A DNA stretch of 22,522 nt from a candidate division WOR-3 bacterium (lineage in GTDB: Bacteria; Hydrothermota; Hydrothermia; Hydrothermales; Hydrothermaceae), in assembly GCA_039803745.1 (NCBI GenBank), contig JBDRZD010000031.1, forward strand, positions 1-22,522. The letters run 5' to 3'. Below are positions 17,836 through 22,522 of the stretch, piece by piece. The notes under the pieces are model-generated. The model was not told the origin of the DNA. It did no database searches and saw nothing but the letters and a program-made list of their open reading frames with translations. Position 1 is the stretch's first letter; the number at the start of each line of letters is the position of its first letter. The translations under genes were made by a program, and so were the position numbers.

Positions 17836-19345
17836 AAGAGAAAAAAAATTTAATTGAATCCAGTTTTATTTTCGTTGTTTGGAGATAATCCAAATAAAAT
17901 GTTAAGCGGTATTGGAAATATCTTCCTTCGGGTGGATATGGTTGTCCGGGCTGGATTATATACCAGGAACTCCAATTTAAAGAATCCAGAGAACTTCTCA
18001 TCTCCACATTCACTCCATTAGGAAAATTCCCATAGTATTTTACAGAATCTAATTGGGCAAGATTATTTGTATTGTAAATACTTGATAAATATCTTTCATA
18101 AGGTAATCTATTCCATAAATTACCAAGGTCCTCATAAATTACATCATTTGATGAATTCGGGAATTCAAAAAAATTAAGGGAATCAAAGCCCTGCGGAGAA
18201 TTCCAGTACAATCGTGCATAATTAGAAATAGAGCCTGTTAATAAATCCATATAAGAGTCACGATTCCAATCCGCAATCATGAGAGTATGAAGTCCAGAAT
18301 ACCCCGGCAGAGAAAAATAATTGGTATAAGTAGGTCCCCAATAAATTAATACTGAATTTAAGTTTCTTTGATTCATTACTATATCCAGATACTCATCTCC
18401 ATTAACTTCATTTATTGACATATTTCCATTACCACTTCCCACCAAATACTGAATCTGGGAAAAATTCGGTCCCCACAAAATTGCGTCCGCATTAGAACCA
18501 ATTGAAGAAATCACGACATCCAGGTATCCATCATTATTTAAATCTGCTATTGAAAAATCCCACCCTCCTGGAAAAGAATATACAAAAGAATTTGTAAAAT
18601 CTGGGCCCCAAAAAATAATAAACTTGGGAGTAGTAGACTGTGCATCAGAAATGGTAGCTATATCAAGATATGTATCATAATTTAAATCCACAAGTTCTAT
18701 TTTTTGCATCATAAAGGAACCCTGTAATATTTTATCAGGATAACGACCCCCAAATGGACCAGGTCCATAATATATATTAATCTGGAAACCCGTGGTTACA
18801 AATATATCCAAATATCCATCATAATTAATATCTCCAGCAGTAACTTGATTTACAAGATCGGATAAATAACTTAAAATATCAGAGGGAATAGGTGAGATAT
18901 TTCCATTATTATCTGAAAGATGAATAGAAGCAAGACCACTTCCGTTATAAGAACCTATTAAAGCATCAAGATATCCATTTTCATCTATATCAATAAGAGA
19001 AACTGCTTGTGGTCCAGCTTGTAAATTGGTAATTAAATAATAATTATTTAAATTAAATCCCTCTGCAGAACCCCAATATATATAAACTTTTCCTTCTGGA
19101 AAAGAAGTAAGAACCATTTCAGGCCATCCATCATCATTTATGTCTCTATCCTGTCCAATTATTCTTAACCCGCCACTCGCAGGAGAATATATTCTTCCTC
19201 CTAATTTCCAACTTATTAAATTATTTTGAAATTGATGGCATTCAAATCCATCAATAAAATCTTGATGGGTTTTTTCAATCCATATATCACCATAAATAAA
19301 ATTTAAAAATAAAAGTGAAATAAAAATAAATTTTTTAATCTCCAT
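15770..19345 (-). CDS. Large secreted/surface protein: FG-GAP-like beta-propeller head, five Ig-like stalk repeats, C-terminal FlgD-Ig/T9SS-like sorting domain
   Basis: Signal peptide MEIKKFIFISLLFLNFIYG (start 19345; 19360 also possible). Seven D-x-[ND]-x-DG-x-x-D-like motifs, most with I[YF]WG-type strands. Five ~115-aa repeats starting x-I/V/L-[EF]-PD. CTD NYESPF...VYSRLGEKI...YWNGKNEKGNYVAPGVYIY...KK. Confidence 0.82.
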   Translation of the reverse strand: MEIKKFIFISLLFLNFIYGDIWIEKTHQDFIDGFECHQFQNNLISWKLGGRIYSPASGGLRIIGQDRDINDDGWPEMVLTSFPEGKVYIYWGSAEGFNLNNYYLITNLQAGPQAVSLIDIDENGYLDALIGSYNGSGLASIHLSDNNGNISPIPSDILSYLSDLVNQVTAGDINYDGYLDIFVTTGFQINIYYGPGPFGGRYPDKILQGSFMMQKIELVDLNYDTYLDIATISDAQSTTPKFIIFWGPDFTNSFVYSFPGGWDFSIADLNNDGYLDVVISSIGSNADAILWGPNFSQIQYLVGSGNGNMSINEVNGDEYLDIVMNQRNLNSVLIYWGPTYTNYFSLPGYSGLHTLMIADWNRDSYMDLLTGSISNYARLYWNSPQGFDSLNFFEFPNSSNDVIYEDLGNLWNRLPYERYLSSIYNTNNLAQLDSVKYYGNFPNGVNVEMRSSLDSLNWSSWYIIQPGQPYPPEGRYFQYRLTFYLDYLQTTKIKLDSIKFFFSSSLLNIFPDTSSYVHPKDSVIYKVKAVYTGETNELVYLFTSNTHPGWFVKLTDTLGNLIDTILLIPNDTFDFNLKIYSPEYPSPFECDTTYIKGYLISNPLKRDSARIITKITGNISLKIEPDTEGVTVPGVTIPYPLRVINTGEFKDSILLSYTNSSSGYISYITDSTGSQIINFVKTFPKDTVKIILWVTPLPATPDSQNLTKVIARSSWINSIYDSALVMTYLYHMPYLLVEPDTFSYGNPGDNLKYRLRVINNQESIDTINLSFHHNQNWNARITDTLGNLINKIYVPAKDTGFIIFEISIPENSSGGIRDTAFIKGVSNNLSISDSARIITEVKVSAAVYIEPDQQKEGAPGEKIRYYLKVINSGNSQDIINVYVLQSNWAERIIYDSLTNMPLNDNNNDGYQDVILAPLAFQKIYVNVDIPQNASSEDNDVAIIRASSTNNPSVWDNANLFTQVKKVFYSIILEPDTEISIPYNSSFLINLYSLFQGNSNDYIELEYSFSGANLNIELRDSQGLNPLIDNNHNGNIDLGVCEPSNKNYFSIYLRAPEFNYSISDTEDICIIRLKGYLYSYNTLYDSAKIKINLIPPLYIFNYESPFDSKRGTNFFISVPEDGKGNLEVYSRLGEKIITLFKNKPLKRGKHIIYWNGKNEKGNYVAPGVYIYVFEFKGEKIKKTITKKTSVKR

Positions 19346-20111
19346 AATTTTTACATACATTCTTTTTTGCCACCACTGTATACCCTAAGGTAAAACGATC
19401 CGAACTAACCGTTTTTTCCAAAATAAGAGCCAGAATATTCATTAATATTGAAAATATAAATATTAATGGAAATAAAAATAAAAGCAAAATCCATTTGAAA
19501 AAGAATTTATAGCCGATTATCTTTTGAATAATATACATTAGATTGAGATTAAAAAATATACCCCATATGGTTCCAAAGTTCCCTCTTTTTACATATTCTA
19601 TAATTTGAAAATTATTCTTTTTCATCATATCTTGAATCCCAAATACTGTCCACCTCCTGTAATCATAAGGTATATCATGAAGGGGATATAAAAAAGGAAC
19701 CGAAAAACAAAAAATTCCTTCATCTTTCAAAATTCTGTTAATTTCTCTTAAAGCAGCCTCAGGATCGTCTATATGTTCGATAACATCTAAAAATAAAACT
19801 GTATCGATAGCTGAACTCTTTATACATAATTTTCTTGCGTCTCCGTAAATATGCGGTTTCTTCCCATAGGTTTCTTCATATAATTTGCTGGTTGGTGGAT
19901 AATCAAGGGAAATATACGAATTTGTTTTTTTGATAACTGCGTCTTTATACCATTGGGAACCTGAGCCAATATCTAATGTAATTCCTTTTATATACTTTGT
20001 TAAAAATTCAATTTCCTTTTTACGAAATTTTAAGGTAAGATATTGAGGATGAATAAAGATATTGCCTAATCTCTCTTTAAATAATCCCCATACTTTTTTG
20101 AAAAATTTCAT
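19335..20111 (-). CDS. Class I SAM-dependent methyltransferase (Methyltransf_11-like)
   Basis: LDIGSG, GDARKL, DTVLFLDVIEHIDDP, EINRILK..G, SVPF..PLH..PYDYRRWT; hydrophobic C-terminal segment. Confidence 0.88.
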   Translation of the reverse strand: MKFFKKVWGLFKERLGNIFIHPQYLTLKFRKKEIEFLTKYIKGITLDIGSGSQWYKDAVIKKTNSYISLDYPPTSKLYEETYGKKPHIYGDARKLCIKSSAIDTVLFLDVIEHIDDPEAALREINRILKDEGIFCFSVPFLYPLHDIPYDYRRWTVFGIQDMMKKNNFQIIEYVKRGNFGTIWGIFFNLNLMYIIQKIIGYKFFFKWILLLFLFPLIFIFSILMNILALILEKTVSSDRFTLGYTVVAKKNVCKNYGD

Positions 20112-22173
20112 CTCTTCACCGATGTTTTTTTAGTTATTGTTTTTTTAATTTTTTCACCTTTAAATTCAAAAACATATATATAAACACCCGGTGCTACATA
20201 ATTTCCTTTTTCATTTTTACCATTCCAGTAAATTATATGTTTTCCCCTTTTTAAAGGTTTATTTTTAAATAAAGTTATTATTTTTTCACCAAGCCTTGAA
20301 TAAACTTCAAGGTTCCCTTTACCATCCTCAGGAACTGATATGAAAAAGTTTGTCCCTCTTTTTGAATCAAAGGGTGATTCATAGTTGAATATATAAAGTG
20401 GTGGTATTAAATTTATCTTTATTTTTGCTGAATCATAAAGGGTATTATAAGAATAAAGATAACCCTTTAATCTTATTATACATATATCCTCTGTATCGGA
20501 AATTGAATAATTGAATTCAGGTGCTCTTAAATATATTGAGAAATAATTTTTATTTGAAGGCTCACATACCCCGAGATCTATATTCCCATTATGATTGTTA
20601 TCAATTAAGGGATTTAATCCCTGTGAATCCCTTAATTCTATATTTAAATTAGCCCCTGAAAATGAGTATTCCAATTCAATATAATCATTTGAATTGCCCT
20701 GAAATAAAGAATAAAGATTTATTAAGAAAGAGGAATTATATGGAATAGAAATCTCTGTATCAGGCTCAAGAATTATTGAATAAAATACTTTTTTAACCTG
20801 TGTAAATAAATTTGCATTATCCCATACAGATGGGTTATTTGTAGAACTTGCCCTTATTATTGCAACATCATTATCCTCCGAACTTGCATTTTGAGGAATA
20901 TCAACATTCACATAAATTTTTTGAAAAGCAAGAGGTGCCAAAATAACATCCTGATAACCATCATTGTTGTTATCATTTAATGGCATATTTGTTAAACTAT
21001 CATATATAATCCTTTCAGCCCAGTTGCTTTGAAGAACATAAACATTTATTATATCCTGGGAGTTGCCTGAATTTATAACTTTTAAATAATACCTGATTTT
21101 TTCTCCAGGAGCCCCTTCCTTCTGCTGGTCAGGCTCTATATAAACTGCTGCAGAAACTTTAACCTCTGTTATTATCCTCGCTGAATCAGAAATACTTAAA
21201 TTGTTTGATACCCCCTTAATAAAAGCAGTATCACGAATACCACCAGATGAATTTTCAGGAATTGAAATCTCAAAAATTATAAATCCTGTATCTTTTGCAG
21301 GCACATATATTTTATTTATTAAATTACCAAGTGTATCAGTTATCCTCGCATTCCAGTTCTGATTATGATGGAATGAAAGATTTATCGTATCAATACTTTC
21401 TTGATTGTTTATAACTCTTAATCTATATTTTAAATTATCACCCGGATTTCCATAAGAAAAAGTGTCAGGCTCAACTAAAAGATAGGGCATATGATATAAA
21501 TAGGTCATTACAAGCGCAGAATCATAAATTGAGTTAATCCAGGAAGACCTCGCAATCACCTTTGTTAAATTCTGTGAATCAGGTGTTGCAGGTAATGGAG
21601 TAACCCATAAAATTATTTTTACAGTATCCTTTGGAAAAGTTTTTACAAAGTTTATTATTTGAGAACCCGTTGAATCTGTTATATAAGAAATATAACCTGA
21701 AGAACTGTTTGTATAAGATAATAAAATTGAATCTTTAAATTCACCTGTATTTATTACCCTTAAAGGGTAGGGGATTGTAACACCGGGAACTGTAACACCT
21801 TCTGTATCAGGCTCAATCTTTAATGAAATATTACCTGTTATTTTTGTTATTATCCTTGCAGAATCCCTCTTTAAAGGATTTGAAATTAAATACCCTTTTA
21901 TATACGTTGTATCACATTCAAATGGCGAAGGATACTCAGGTGAATATATTTTTAAATTAAAATCAAATGTATCATTCGGAATTAATAAAATCGTATCTAT
22001 TAAATTGCCAAGTGTATCAGTCAATTTCACAAACCACCCCGGATGCGTATTTGATGTAAAAAGATAAACAAGTTCATTTGTTTCACCTGTATAAACTGCC
22101 TTTACTTTATAAATAACTGAATCCTTTGGATGAACATAAGAAGATGTATCAGGAAAAATATTCAATAGAGATG
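20108..22173. repeat. Direct repeat copy 2 (2,066 bp)
   Basis: Same as copy 1; begins exactly at the TGA stop/ATGA overlap and ends in the head-stalk linker. Confidence 0.95.
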
Positions 22174-22522
22174 GAGGAGATGTTAAAATATTAAAAGATA
22201 TCTCTTCCAGTTTCGGGACATATGTTGGCTTTAGATATGAAAAAATTATTTTATATTGAAGATAATGTTTATCAAATAAATTTTGAGGAATTGAGTCACC
22301 TGAATTCTGGATATAAACCCAGTCTGTCCATGAAGTATCTATTTGAGAAGAATTTCCCGATCTTAAATAAACCTCACATTTTGAGCCCTGTGGCTCATCT
22401 GCAATCCATGAAACTGTCCCACCATTTATAACCGAATCAGGTCCTAAATAAAAAATTGAAGAAATATATTCTTCATAAAAGGCTCTATTATAAGTGTTGC
22501 CTATTTCCATAAAGGAACCGTG
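20108..22522 (-). CDS. Paralogous surface protein (same stalk and sorting domain, divergent N-terminal region), 5'-truncated by window edge
   Basis: Frame is open to the window end (HGSF before the Met at 22510). The last 687 aa are identical to the 15770 protein; the preceding ~113 aa are homologous but strongly diverged. Confidence 0.85.
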   Translation of the reverse strand, partial: HGSFMEIGNTYNRAFYEEYISSIFYLGPDSVINGGTVSWIADEPQGSKCEVYLRSGNSSQIDTSWTDWVYIQNSGDSIPQNLFDKHYLQYKIIFSYLKPTYVPKLEEISFNILTSPPSLLNIFPDTSSYVHPKDSVIYKVKAVYTGETNELVYLFTSNTHPGWFVKLTDTLGNLIDTILLIPNDTFDFNLKIYSPEYPSPFECDTTYIKGYLISNPLKRDSARIITKITGNISLKIEPDTEGVTVPGVTIPYPLRVINTGEFKDSILLSYTNSSSGYISYITDSTGSQIINFVKTFPKDTVKIILWVTPLPATPDSQNLTKVIARSSWINSIYDSALVMTYLYHMPYLLVEPDTFSYGNPGDNLKYRLRVINNQESIDTINLSFHHNQNWNARITDTLGNLINKIYVPAKDTGFIIFEISIPENSSGGIRDTAFIKGVSNNLSISDSARIITEVKVSAAVYIEPDQQKEGAPGEKIRYYLKVINSGNSQDIINVYVLQSNWAERIIYDSLTNMPLNDNNNDGYQDVILAPLAFQKIYVNVDIPQNASSEDNDVAIIRASSTNNPSVWDNANLFTQVKKVFYSIILEPDTEISIPYNSSFLINLYSLFQGNSNDYIELEYSFSGANLNIELRDSQGLNPLIDNNHNGNIDLGVCEPSNKNYFSIYLRAPEFNYSISDTEDICIIRLKGYLYSYNTLYDSAKIKINLIPPLYIFNYESPFDSKRGTNFFISVPEDGKGNLEVYSRLGEKIITLFKNKPLKRGKHIIYWNGKNEKGNYVAPGVYIYVFEFKGEKIKKTITKKTSVKR

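Noticed and set aside
17841..17848. A8 tract beside the repeat boundary as a phase-variation switch
   Set aside because: A/T runs of this length are common across this AT-rich window, including in housekeeping genes, and the frame is intact.
15770..22173. 2,066-bp repeats as IS elements of a composite transposon, or as a DGR template/variable pair
   Set aside because: The repeat encodes a stalk and CTD, with no transposase or terminal inverted repeats. No adenine-specific mismatches or reverse transcriptase were seen.

Overview
AT-rich, very compact bacterial window with no transposase, integrase or CRISPR array. The gene content (PorV/PorQ-type barrel, OmpA, FlgD-Ig/T9SS-like C-terminal domains) points to a diderm FCB-superphylum-like organism; this is an inference. 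The left part (+ strand, 1-9706) is a translationally coupled run: class I/II aminotransferase (5'-truncated), GT4 glycosyltransferase, MFS transporter, topA, an M16 peptidase pair, then an amino-DNA methyltransferase coupled to an unknown 195-aa protein. The middle holds a class V PLP enzyme and a divergent YbhB/YbcL lipoprotein. The right part (- strand) is one long envelope cluster: two tandem paralogous surface proteins, a SAM methyltransferase between them, a PorV/PorQ-barrel + carboxypeptidase-regulatory-like + OmpA fusion, a solitary tRNA-Ile(GAT), an unknown beta-barrel, dcd and a TPR protein. The standout is an apparently exact 2,066-bp direct repeat (15770-17835 and 20108-22173). It encodes an invariant 687-aa stalk plus sorting domain joined abruptly to divergent N-terminal heads, and it also supplies the start codon of whichever gene follows. 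This suggests a 'variable head / constant stalk' surface-protein cassette system with a dedicated cell-wall-anchored barrel.
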